From assembly GCA_012026655.1 (NCBI GenBank), contig JAAILG010001095.1:1-64000 (forward strand): a stretch of 64,000 bases of DNA, written 5' to 3'. Positions 27,703 to 39,985 of this stretch are shown piece after piece. The translations under genes were made by a program, and so were the position numbers. The notes below the pieces were generated by a model, which saw only the letters and a program-made list of their open reading frames with translations, was not told the DNA's origin and searched no databases. Numbering within the stretch: position 1 is the stretch's first letter; every line of letters begins with the position of its first letter. This stretch comes from Hydrolagus affinis (taxonomy: Eukaryota).

Positions 27703-30700
27703 CTAGAATATATATATATAATATAAGTACAGTATTATATAATCTAAATATATTTATGATGTGGGTTCTTATATTATTTTAAACTGACAGTTTCAAACCA
27801 TGGAACATAAACATTAAGGCATCGTCGATTCATTGTTTTTTTTCATATTGTTTGCTTTAAAGTAACCTTTTATTACTCTATGTCTAAAATCAGTGTAATG
27901 TTAAACAGACCAAGCAGCATAACACACAGTATCTTCACGAATATTAAAGGGTGAGGACAAAGCTTGAACAATTCATAACCGTCATCTGATCGCCCAAATT
28001 GTGTTAGACCCTGACAATCACTACCAAATATCTGCTACTTACATTATCAGTTCTCCACCCACCAAAATTGCTGGAAGAAATTGGCACCAAACTCACAATA
28101 TCCACCAAAAAAAAAAAACTGCAGTGCATAGTAACCAAAAGACAACCAGCACCCACCAAACTTGATGGTTTCCATTTACTCAACTGATACTTTGCAAGAA
28201 AACAGCGCCCAAAGCTTTCTCTATGGAACAAATAATTCTCACTCCTTTCCATGGAAGAAGTGAGGCGGCTTTATCATCAGTCACAGGTACAGTTGCTCTG
28301 CTGACAGCCGAAGAAAATAGTTGGCTTACACAATAATGTCACACTAAGTTGCTGTTCAAACCTGCCCCTGCTTTTGCTTTCGTATAATGAATTAAGAACC
28401 AGGTGTCGGAGTAATTCGGGTGGTAAAGGTTCACTTGCCTATTAGACCAGAAAAGTTACAGATTCGATGTGTGCCGACTTAGTAAGTCTGGACTGTAAAC
28501 TGGCCAATGCAATTGGTATGAGTGCCTCTCTCTACCTTCTGGGATAGAGAAATGGGGGGTAGCGGGATGGAGGGGTGAAGAGGGGGTGGAAACATTCGGC
28601 TGTGGTTTCTGCTACTGATCACCCACCAGTGACCCCTGCTGTAAAGTGCATATGAACATTAAGTGAGTGTAAGATGGCAAAATACCATATCAACACTCAT
28701 GGTCCTACCCTACCCATTGACATAAGAATGGTCCGTTGGGTTACAGTTCAGAGGATGACCGTGGAACCCACTAACATCTTAAGACCAGGGGTAAAAATTG
28801 AAGAAGGGGTGAGGTGGGGGGGGTGGGGGGAAGCATCTATTATTAATATTTTCAAGGTAATTATTGCAATTATTGGGGGGAATCAATGTCTATTTGTCAG
28901 GGACTTTATTTCTCCCTTCTGCAGCCAGCATATTAATGAATTTTGTGTGTTATTATTTTTCGGGAATGTGTGTGTGTGTGTACGGTGGTGTTGGGGGAGA
29001 GTGGGGGGATTTTTTTTTACTATTAAAACATAGGAGATTGTAGAATGGATGGGCAACGTGGTTTACGCAATTACTTCCAAGTTGAAGGATTACTTCAGTG
29101 TGAAGTAATCACCACAAAGTCAATCCACTTGTAATCGACAATGGATGAATTGGAGAGGAGATGATGGGGAGATGGGGAGGCGGGGAGGAAGCTGGGAAGG
29201 TAAATCATCATAATAATAATAAATAATAATCCTTGCATTTCATATCGCGCTCTTCACGTCTTCTAGACGTCTCAAAGCGCTTCATAGAATATACTGTAAA
29301 GTCATTTGACTCTATGTTTGTGGGCGAAACGCAGCAGCCAATTGCACACAGCAGTGTCCCACAAACAGTCGTGGATTTAAATTACCACTTTTTTTTTAGG
29401 GATTATTATCAAGTATGTGGAGTAAGGAAACTTGCCCAAGGTTTTACCTTGCCAGGAATCGAACCCGGGTCTCTCGCTTGTAAGGCGAGTTCTCTAACCA
29501 ATGAGGTATAGGACGCCACATAATATAATTCATTTCAAATACTGTATGCTACACTCTCAAGTAATTTTACTGCAATAACAATTTAATTGTGTAAACGCAC
29601 ATATTGACCCAGCGCCTTGGGACGTCCTCCAGACGTTAAACGCGCGAAACAACAACTGTAATTTTGTTGTTGTTGTTGTTGTTGTGGGACGTGATATTTA
29701 TTTGGGAACATTCATTTATGTGGAACATTCATTTTGGGGAGCTCCTGTAGCTCAGTGGTTAGAGCACTCGACTTACAAGCGTGAGACCTGTGGCTCGAAT
29801 CCAGGCAGGTCAGGGCGAAACCTTGGGCAAGTTTCCTTACTCTACACGCCTAATAATAATCCGTCCAAAAAAAAAACACAATAATAAAATTGGTCATTTT
29901 CAATCCACAACTGTGTGTGGGACACTGCTGTGCGCAATTGGCTGCCGCATTTCACCCACAAATACTAATTAAGGAAATAATAGGTTTGGGAAAGTGCTCG
30001 TCACGCGCTTGTATGAGGAATAGCATCATTTGGCAGCTTGGGCTATTGCTACACTGCCAGGAATGGTTGGCACTTTAATATATATTTAATATATATATAT
30101 ATATTGTGTTTTGCCGTCTAAATTAACTGGGATCACTGTTTTAAATCAACGGTTGATGTTTAGAGTGCCACATGTTGATTCCTGGGAACTTCCACGTGAA
30201 TGTTGGCTAAAATACAATAAGTTATTAAGGTCCGGTTGTGTAAAGTGTATCTCGATTTTGAAATACTGCGCAATGAGGTAATAAAATATACTGTCGTTTT
30301 TTAATCAGATAAGACTTGTTTTGTTTCGATTTTCTCTTCAAACCTTAATATTTTTCAAGGCCACGTATTAACCGGATCTCATTCGGATATATTATCTAAT
30401 ATGAAATATGAAAGTACACAGAAAGATGTGGACACTCGGAATTAACACAGGGAAGATAGATATCTAAACTAAAAGCCTGGCACGTTTTGTTTTCTTTTGG
30501 TATAGATTTCCTCCAGTAAACATTACTTTATATCTGTTTGTAGCTCCTATCTAAATTTCACGTCTCACTGTGTTTTTCATTTAGCGGCTAGAGCCCATTG
30601 TTTAATTATTATCCCCCCCCCGCCCCACGGAGTTTATATAAAACGTTTTCAAGATGAAAGTATAATCTGCTACGCCATGCATGGTTAGCGATTTAATAAT

Positions 30701-33700
30701 TCTGGTTAATCATTTTAAGATGGAATGTATATATATATATACTGTATATATATTCGTTGAATGAACCACGGGAGTTGCGGACAATTACATTAGCGTCGAA
30801 GCGTTAAAGTAGACAAACAGCATATGGGATAACTAACGAATTATTAGGCTTCTAATGGGGAGGCCATGAAATACTGTAATTGATATAGAAACCGCATTAG
30901 AAGCTTTTAACATTTGTGCAGCTCCACTGCTTCCTCCTGGATTCCAACATGACTATTTGTCTTTTCAATCAAGGTGAAGAGGTTAAATAACCGTTCAAAT
31001 TGCTTCAGCACACAGCGCGCAATAGGCGCTGACACCGAAGATAAGTTCATTAGAACACCAAGACAACCAAAGCCCAGGCCGCACACGGATGTAAGCAAAT
31101 AGCTTTACCTGCTTCAGCCGCCGCCACTTAGCTCTGCGATTCTGAAACCAGGTCTTTACCTGTGTCAACGAAAACATCCTGAATTTAGGATAGATCCATA
31201 AAGGTCAGGTGTATTTATAGGGTCCGCGTGCAGGAAATATCAACGTAAACATTAATACAATTAGCGTGCTCGGGATGCTGTTGTCACAGAATGTTATTTC
31301 TGAGAACAGATTTAAAATGGCATACAGAAATGTCAATGCAGTGAGATATACTAATAAATACAAGATTATGTTACATAAGTCTGGCAGCTGTAAAATCAGC
31401 CAAAACACATCTAATCGACATCCTGCTGTTTTTTAGTTTAAACAAACGTTTAATCAGGAGTGTAAATTATGAGTCCAATTTACTTTTACTAAACAGTAAA
31501 TGTGAAACAGCTTCACTCATTCATTTAGCGAATCATCGTGTTACCACGGTCTTGAGGCTTACGAAACGATTTAATATGGAAGCTTTCTGTTAGCCAATGT
31601 TGAATTAAGGTACATAACATAGGAAGTCACACTACCTTGGGAAGGTGAAAATATATTATACTTTCAAAGTAGATTTCATGTACCTGTCTCTCCGTTAGCT
31701 GTAACATCTTGGCAAGTCTTTTTCTTTCGGGAGGTGAGAGATATTTTTGGGTCTCGAATTTTTTCTCCAGTTCAATGGTCTGATCGTTTGAGAACCGAAC
31801 CTGTCCTCCTTTTCTTTTATGCGGAGGCCTTGGAATAAAATGGCTCCATATCAAAGGTTTTCCTGTTTTTTTTAAAAAAAGGCAGAAACAATCAGTTATT
31901 GTATCACAATAATAACATTTAGGGTTCCAATCCCATATACTGTACTGAATTTCAATGGTTTGCTATTCAAAAATCAGTCGGATGTACAAATGGTATTTCT
32001 GTACTACTAAATTATCTTAGTTCCTGATAGCTCTACACATTTGTGAATTGATTGCTCTACAATTGGCTGCTGCGTTTCGCCCACAAAATATATACAGTAC
32101 AGTCAATTCACTTTACAGTATATTCTGTGAGGCGCTTTGAGACATCTAGAAAACGTGGAAAGCGCTACATTAGACGCAAGGATTATTATTATTTATGATA
32201 ATAAAAGTACGATTTATCATTAAGTGTTTAAATGCACTACTATTTAGGTCTATTCGCCACAGAATGATATAATTAATGAGGAGCCTTTTCTGATCAATTT
32301 AAGGTAAATGCAAATCAAATATATAACTATATAATCAATTAACTATGTTGGCGGCATTATTCCTGTGTTGTTATATACGGCTAATAAAACCAGATCGTTT
32401 ATTGAAAAAGAAACTAAGTTTTAAGAGAGGCCGAAAAAAAAAATTTTTCTTCATCTGAATGAAACACTGATTTCACATAAGCCCTGAATCTTTGGGTGAA
32501 ACTTACCGCATCAGGACTATGGCAACATTTCCGTCAATGTGTTTCCTGTTGGTCTATCTCGCAAAAGGGCTGTTATTTCCTTCTGCTCGTTTATAAAAAC
32601 CGAGTCAAAGGAAGCTGAGATACGTTACTATGCTCAGGTTGCACGGCGCATTCTACTTATACTGATTAAAAATCAGTTTCAGCTTTTTTTAAATTACATT
32701 ATAATGTATATGATTATCAATTCCAGTTTGGCAAAGGATGATATAATTTGCTTGAATATAAAGTGGTAAGTAATGTAATGTGATGCAATGTTAACTCAGT
32801 TTACAATCCAGTTATCCATGACTTTGCAAACAAATATATGAATTACATATTTTAATCAAGTTATTACACTTATAATTTTTTTAAAAAAACATTATACTTT
32901 ATTGCACGCAGGGGGATGTGTACGAAAATAAACGTCCACTGGTCGAGATCATTCTTATTCGTTACAGTTTACATTTAAAATGCGTTGAAGAACTTGGGAC
33001 GATTTGTCAAAATGCAATCTGTGAGTGTAATTCTGCCGAAGTAACTGTTATTTTCCGCGGTTCTGCTTGCGTCAGTTTCTACTTCAATNNNNNNNNNNNN
33101 NNNNNNNNNNNNNNNNNNNNNNNNNNNNNNNNNNNNNNNNNNNNNNNNNNNNNNNNNNNNNNNNNNNNNNNNNNNNNNNNNNNNNNNNNNNNNNNNNNNN
33201 NNNNNNNNNNNNNNNNNNCAGAACTCGAGTGTTTCCTGTATATGTCTGTATTGAGGATGTCGATAAAATAATCAGCAGCATGCACCACTCCCGGTAAAGA
33301 GTCTGCTTCTGACTAAGAGGAAAACATTTAACAGCTCTGTAACCAGATTTACTTCTATCGAGNNNNNNNNNNNNNNNNNNNNNNNNNNNNNNNNNNNNNN
33401 NNNNNNNNNNNNNNNNNNNNNNNNNNNNNNNNNNNNNNNNNNNNNNNNNNNNNNNNNNNNNNTACGAACGGAAAAGGGTCAGCTTTTTCAGAACACAAAC
33501 AAGCTTGTTAACTCAAAGCTGCAAATGCCTAATGAGTCGGATCTCCATCAATGAATGAAGTGAAGGGGGAAGAAGGCGAGGGAGTTGGGTGGGTGGGGGA
33601 GTGGGGGGGGGGGGGGGCGCGAAAAAAAAAGCAAAGCTCCCCCTCTTCATTTATGGACAAATATACATTGTGTTTTTACACAAAGTCAAGGTTATTAAGA

Positions 33701-33735
33701 CCATAACCATTAGAGGCAATTCGAAATATATACAT

Positions 33736-33766
<31 letters not shown>

Positions 33767-34900
33767 TAAAAAAATTGTACTCATGTAAGCAGAAGTTATG
33801 TGTGGTAACGATTTCCACGCTGTTAAATATACTGAAGATTTCAGAACCGAATCACCCAGACTCCTCTCCCATCTTCTACATATCCCCCCCATCATCACCA
33901 CCCCCACCCCCCACACCTCTTACCCAACACCCCACCCCGTGAAGCTTATCCGCTATTTTGGTTTTAAGGGTGGCGGGGGGGGGGGGGGGAATTGCTCTCA
34001 TACATTTGACCACTGTAGATTCCCAAGCACATTTTTCTGAGGAACTAGAATCGCAGAAGAGTTAAACAAAATATTTTCAAAATATATTTAACAAGTTAAA
34101 ATATTGACTGTCAATCTGGATATCTGTTACCACAGACATCTTGTTAGGTTTGCAATTGAAACAGTGGCTTGATCTACTTCCCTTTAACAACTTCTCGCAG
34201 TGGGTTTATATTTAAAGCTCAGGGGTGGGGAGGCAATTAAAACCCAATAAAACACATTTATAGAGTAGATTGTAATATTATTATACGCCAGCTCCACACG
34301 TACAATGATGTGACTGACACACTAACTATCCAAACAGCCCAGATTCCAATCTAAAAAATTCCCCTTTCTTGACGCAAAAACAAAACTGATTTGTTTTAAT
34401 ACAGCAGAACTTCTGCTAAAAACAAAACAACCCCCCACAAAAATCAGCAGAGTCCCAGTGGCATATTCCTGAAATGTCGACAAGGGGGGAGGGATGGGTG
34501 GGTGAGAGAGAGAGAGAGAGAACTAAACTAGGAACTTACCCAGTGTGTCTTGTCTGAGAAAAGCGTGTGTGTAGTCGTTCACTGTCCGGGGAAAGGGATA
34601 GATGGGTCCATTGAAGGCGCTGCTGCTGTAGTGGGTCAGGGCGGGGTGGGGGAAGCCGGGGTGGATTGGAGTAGGTTCATAGATGGGAGTCCTGTACGGA
34701 GGCGCAATGCTGGTGAACGAGGAATTCGGCGATGGCAACGTGGGACTCGGGGTCACGACGGTCGGGTGAACGGCAGTCCCATTTCGTCCCAGGATATCGT
34801 CGATGTAGAAAGGAGTCGGATGCACTGGTTGCAGGGGGGTCGGCGCATAGAGCGGCAGATTGATACCGACTCCAGAGGACGTGGGGTGTTGGTACTGCAT
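27463..34900 (-). CDS. HHEX: Hematopoietically-expressed homeobox protein HHEX/PRH, whole gene span (4 exons, 831 nt, 276 aa)
   Basis: Proline-rich N-terminus with YAPTPLQP and eh1 motif [10 protein letters not shown]; homeodomain [62 protein letters not shown]; acidic C-terminus; syntenic with KIF11. Confidence 0.98.
28400..28785 (+). mobile_element. Ancient SINE-like interspersed repeat (HHEX intron 3)
   Basis: Shares core ccagtgacccctgctg.aaag.gc with 38570-38720 and 52060-52310. Confidence 0.55.
29211..29517 (-). mobile_element. Young tRNA-derived SINE, full length (HHEX intron 3)
   Basis: Near-consensus copy; B box ggttcgattcc. Confidence 0.92.
29611..29685 (+). mobile_element. L2 LINE extreme 3' tail
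   Basis: agcgccttgggacgtcctccagacgttaaa...tgtaattt(tgt)n. Confidence 0.75.
29737..29962 (+). mobile_element. Young SINE, 3'-truncated (HHEX intron 3)
   Basis: tRNA-like head and Deu core; no tail. Confidence 0.9.
31109..31159 (-). CDS. HHEX: HHEX exon 3 (51 nt, recognition helix)
   Basis: [17 protein letters not shown]; cag|, |gtaaag. Confidence 0.97.
31684..31862 (-). CDS. HHEX: HHEX exon 2 (179 nt)
   Basis: [24 protein letters not shown]...LQLTERQ; cag|, |gtacat. Confidence 0.97.
32058..32193 (+). mobile_element. SINE 3' half (HHEX intron 1)
   Basis: caattggctgc...cagtcaattcactttacagtatattctgtga...aaggattattatt. Confidence 0.85.
33089..33218. other. Assembly gap (130 N), HHEX intron 1
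   Basis: N run. Confidence 1.
33363..33462. other. Assembly gap (100 N), HHEX intron 1
   Basis: N run. Confidence 1.
34540..34900 (-). CDS. HHEX: HHEX exon 1 coding part (361 nt)
   Basis: [38 protein letters not shown]...[11 protein letters not shown](G); G|gtaagt. Confidence 0.97.
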
Positions 34901-34950
34901 AGCGCTTCCCCACAGTGCACAGCTCAGTGTCTGGAGCAGAGAGAGACACA

Positions 34951-35084
34951 NNNNNNNNNNNNNNNNNNNNNNNNNNNNNNNNNNNNNNNNNNNNNNNNNN
35001 NNNNNNNNNNNNNNNNNNNNNNNNNNNNNNNNNNNNNNNNNNNNNNNNNNNNNNNNNNNNNNNNNNNNNNNNNNNNNNNNNNNN
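34951..35084. other. Assembly gap (134 N) over the HHEX 5'UTR/TSS
   Basis: N run. Confidence 1.
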
Positions 35085-35520
35085 CAGAGAAAAGATCCTT
35101 AAACGCAATGACAGTTACTCACAAACGCTGTTTGAGAGAAAATGGCAACTCGTTTGCAGTTAAGTTTTAAATCAGGTGGGAGTTTGACGGATTCCAACCT
35201 TCTCTCTGAACTTTGGCGCTGTTCACTTTCCGACCTAACCTTAAACTTTATCAAACTTATCCGCTTGAACAATAGATCTGTATTGGCGGAGGTGGGGCTA
35301 ACCAGCGAGTGTGTCGGTTTCCTTCACCCTGCGGTTTGTGATTGGCTTTCAGGTCAGCGTTTGTACCGGGACAAGCCTGGCCGGCCGCCCTATCAGTGCA
35401 CAACTTTCTGAGAGAAACCCTGATAATCACAGCGCGTTATAGGGGGCAGAGGGATGAGATTAACACCTCCCCGCCACCTAAATACATTAACACGAACCCT
35501 GCTGCCGGGGGTCGGATGGA
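35085..35520 (-). promoter_or_regulatory. HHEX proximal promoter
   Basis: CpG-enriched region directly upstream of exon 1, with CCAAT boxes (ATTGG at ~35282 and ~35341), several GATA motifs and a GC box (CCCCGCC ~35469). The TSS region is partly hidden by the 34951-35084 gap. Confidence 0.6.
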
Positions 35521-36234
35521 TCTCCACCTCATTCTCTGCTATCGATGATGTCCAACTAATCAGCAATAATACAAGATTGCAGATTCATCATTTCAACGGT
35601 CGCCGTTGTTGTTAGACCTTCATCGCACTCAACTTTACTGCATTCGACCCCCGCCCCCCCCCCCACCCCACCCCACACTCCACCCCACCTCCTTTTCAAC
35701 ACAGTAAAAAAAAGTGCATGTTTCAGAATACTGAATAAAAATCAAGAGACATTACTGTTTACCAATTTATTCAGCAGATTTAACATGCCCAATAGATGGC
35801 AGTAGCTGTCACACTGAGTCAGATTATTTTTTGTGTCAGACAGTATAGTTTTTTTTTAATCCCTCACCCAACGCTATTAAAACCAACGATATTATTAGTA
35901 GCGTCGCTAACGGGGACAATCATTATCAGTGATCACTTTGAATATCTTAAAATGAATGTTTCTGTGCATCAGATCAGGACGGTTCTTTAAGCAAGTGGAA
36001 CAAAGTAGATTCAAAGGCTTCAGGCCAAAAATAATAATTTTTTTAAACTGCTAGAAATGCTCTGGTGAAAATGGTCATTATTAAAGTTCTTAGGCAATTT
36101 TTTTTTTTTGCGATTTCGTAACTTCCACTTTCGAAAAATCGTTGAGGGTATTTCGGCAGTCTCATTCTTATTCACTCACTGATCACCATCAAACCACTCG
36201 ACTGAAAAAGCGGAAATATTTGAGTCAGAACCCA

Positions 36235-36510
36235 GATTCACACATGAAATGGGTGTGAAGTCGACTTATAAAGATTTGCGATGTGAAACTTCATCTTTAA
36301 ATTCAGGCTCAGTGCTGGCGATTGATTTCCTCGCACAAGTACAACGATGCGTTGCTTCAGCTGTACTGAGATCCAGAAAAGCCAATCCACATTGTACAAG
36401 GGTTCTCGGTTTGGCATCATAACTGCTGGTAACACTCCGAGACAATGTGTATTACGAGGAATAGGTATTGGGTGTTTCTAACACTTTTTAGAAGTTCCAA
36501 TACACATTTG
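36235..36510. promoter_or_regulatory. Candidate Nodal/FoxH1-T-box mesendoderm enhancer of HHEX
   Basis: FoxH1 consensus AATMCACA at 36384-36391, 36446-36453 (reverse) and 36499-36506; Smad AGAC at 36440; T-box half sites GGTGTGAA, TCACAC and TAACAC; Sox CATTGT/ACAATG. Confidence 0.55.
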
Positions 36511-38569
36511 ATGCTTGTGGTAAGAATATTGCCTCACTTGAGTCGCACGTGAAAAAAAAAGTAAATCTTGAACAATTCATTTTCCTTCCCAATACGTTCT
36601 TTTTAAGACTTTTTTGATATCAATAAAATCAAGATGTCGAGACTGGGAAAATGTAACTAGAGAATACAGAAGAAAAATCCATGGTGTGGTGTGTGAGTAC
36701 TACAACAGTATAAAGCAGTATAAAATTCATTTACAGTACTGTACTTATTTGCCTATAATCTGGAAAAGTTTAAAATATTTGACGTAATAGTTTCTCCACA
36801 ATTTTCGTTTTAATGTGCTGAAAGCTATAGTATAACGAGCAACATAGAAGTAATATTTAAAAGAAGCAGATAATAATAATCCTTGCATTTGATATACGAT
36901 ATTTCAATTGCATTTACGATTCATTCAATATTAGGGTAGGAAAACGTCAATTGAAATACAAGTCGCTATAAAATATTTTAGAAGTTTAGTTACTTTACCT
37001 AATTAATACGTTAAACCAGTTTGCAGAAACTGCTATGTAAATACTGCACAAATAAAGATAATTCTTAGTTGATATTGGTCTTCTTAACCTTTCTAAAATC
37101 TGGGCTGTTAAATTCACAGTGTTAGCTACAATTGGTGCAAAAACATTTCACACGTTAACATATTATAAATAAATGATATATGCGGAGATTGTTTTTCTCG
37201 CAGAGCACAAAAAAGCCTACTTAAGATGACAAGATCTGTATGAGAATGTTTTATTAGTAGTATTTTTATCATGTTTATTATTACACGCCTCTACAAACTG
37301 ATAATATTAAGATTAGGAGTTGCAAAGCGATGGAGTCACATGTTCTATCGTACCGAACAGCTATTTATTGCTAGAGATAGAGATCGGTCTCGGATAATGA
37401 ATGAATCTCTTCTACATGTTGCAAAATGACTTGTGAACCATTAGATAGTCCCAGATTTGCTATCTCTGATGATCTGCAAACGTAGCATTTGAGAAACGAT
37501 CAAAACGTAATTTCAGGAGTAATGAATAACCTTCTAATATCTGGATAAACGTAGCCTTTTTTTAAAAAAAGTTTAACCTCTTCAATGCCACTTTGAAAAC
37601 GAGTTTAAAAGAATAGAGCATTTCACTTTTTATACATAATATACTGTTGTATATTGTGCGGGACACTTATTTTTAAGAAGTTGTAATTTTTTAAAAAAAA
37701 TGCTAAGAAACAATACACCACTAAAAGTATTTTTTTTTAAAAAAACTTGTTTTACGTTAGTTTAACACGAAGAAATGTACAATTCAAACTCTTTCGAAGT
37801 CGCCCTTGTTTTTTTGGTTGATGTTGTTAATAATGAGCTAATCTGATTATTCGCGTGCATGGCATTTCATCACCCGCCTATAAGGTCTCTTGACTGATTA
37901 TATTACCTGAGACAATACATAGATAAGCACAAACGAATTGCTTAATTTAGTCAAATGATTTAATTAATATATACGACAATATACATTGAATGCTTTGTTT
38001 TTAAAGTGATATCAAGCTCTTCTCTTCAAGGAAAATACCGTAGTGGTTCTAAACGTTTGCAGATTCGAAACTGTGAGAGAAATCTGTCAGAGAAACTGGG
38101 GTTCCCATTGCTATGGCCTTGAGAATCAATGGTTAGGAATACGTTGGGAACCCAAGCGCCAATATAACCAGTCCAACATAACCAGAAGTTGAAACTTACT
38201 GAAAATACCTGAAGTTCTATTTGAATGGTATTAAATAAAACCACGGGATCAATATTCATATCTCATGGAGAAAATGCCGACACAGTAGTGTTAAAGGACA
38301 TGATAAAAACTGGATTGTTTTCTTATATTAAAAATCGTGTTTTGCTACATTTTCTGTTGATATAAATACGCACTGTATGTTCAATCGTCGGCTTGTTTCT
38401 TGTTAGGATGTGAACACGTACAATGTGAATTTTTTTGAATGGATCCCAGCTCAGTAGCTGGAGAGAAACAGAAACGAGAAGAAGTGTTGATGAATCAAGG
38501 TCAACTGAAGCATGCGACCACAATGGTCCGATTTGGGAGCGAGTGAGTTGTACGGAGAGAGAGCGTAAC

Positions 38570-38720
38570 TGATACTGACTGATCTCAGCGGATGCCTAGA
38601 TACTGCTGGCCTCAAGCCAGGGAGGGTAAAGTTACTGAGCACTAAACTGCGCTCAACCCAGTGACCCCTGCTGGTAAAGCGCTAGTATGTGGATGTTGGA
38701 CGAAGAAACAACAGGACTAG
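38570..38720 (+). mobile_element. Ancient SINE-like repeat fragment
   Basis: ctgatctcagc...ccagtgacccctgctggtaaagcgc core. Confidence 0.5.
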
Positions 38721-39949
38721 ACTTATCTAGACATCACTGATTTTTCAAGCCTCTCACAGGAATTCAGTCAGATGTCTGAGTGTCAGCAGCGGTCTGAACA
38801 GGTCAGATCCACTCGGAGAGAATATTGTGAATGTGAACGCTGTGGTGCCCATACCTCACAGGCAGAAATTGCTATTGAATTGGAAGTCGAACGCAAACTG
38901 TGTCACGATTCGGTGCCGGTCACAAGGAATAACACTGACCACATGTATTCATTTCCCCCCCAAATTAGAAGTTGATTGTTACTGAACGTTTTTTCTGAAC
39001 CGCACAATCGCCGAACACGTCGGTTTATTACGTTGATAACAGTGTCCCTGTAAAGGGAATCACTTTCTGGGGAGCATCGGTCTGCAAAGAGTGAAAATCA
39101 GACTCGTGTGTGGATGTTAGTGATTTTCTACAACTCAGCTGCCGCACCACACCAGTTAATGTTGCTTTGGGAGTTTGAAAACACAGCAGATTTTTAATAT
39201 AGATATATATATATATATATAAATGATTTGAATTTTTCCTGGTGTCGAGAAAGTCCAATAATGAGGCTGAACCAACACTGGGGGTTGGACTGGGAGGGCT
39301 CTATTTATTAAACGCTGTGATGGCTTCGTTTGAGATCAGTCAGGGATTAAACTAGTCTTTAAATAAACAGTTTTCAGAAGTGACCACTTTTGAGTCCCAT
39401 GATACAAATAGAAGCCAACTCACGGGTGTCTCTTTTGCCGAAATTTGTGCTTTTAAAAAAAATATTTTTTTTTAAAAGAAAGGCTTTGAAGTACCCTCTG
39501 GGTAAGTACCTTGAACGTTGTTATTTTTCCAGTGATTTTCCCTTTGGCGCCATAATGGTGTCTCACCTCTATAACTGCTCTGGACAGATAAAAATAAATG
39601 ACATTGAAGCCTTTTCATTTCAAAGACTGGAGGATATATTCCTGGTTGAAGATCCCAAATCACCCAAACGTTGGACGGCAGATCGGCGCCACTGGTAAAA
39701 CACGCTGGTGTTTGAACGAGCTTGTATCAGCCTCTTAAAGATAAATGTAATCTCGTCTGAATGAAAGAGTACAAGGACCATATAACATATAAAGCGTTGT
39801 AAAACACGAAGATCCACAATTATACAATTGTTAAGGCTCAAGCATTTGCTTGAGAGAATCCTAGCAAAATAAAAAATCGTAAAGCAACCCCCCCTCACCC
39901 CTCCAAAAAAAACACAAATCACACTCATTACAGATTTATCAACACATAC

Positions 39950-39985
39950 AGATTTACACGTATTTAAAATAATACGTGTAAATCT
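39950..39985. repeat. Perfect 15-bp inverted repeat
   Basis: agatttacacgtatt-taaaat-aatacgtgtaaatct, followed by a third partial copy. Confidence 0.85.

Noticed and set aside
34550-35170. 206-aa plus-strand ORF
   Set aside because: Antisense shadow of GC-rich HHEX exon 1, artificially extended through an N gap
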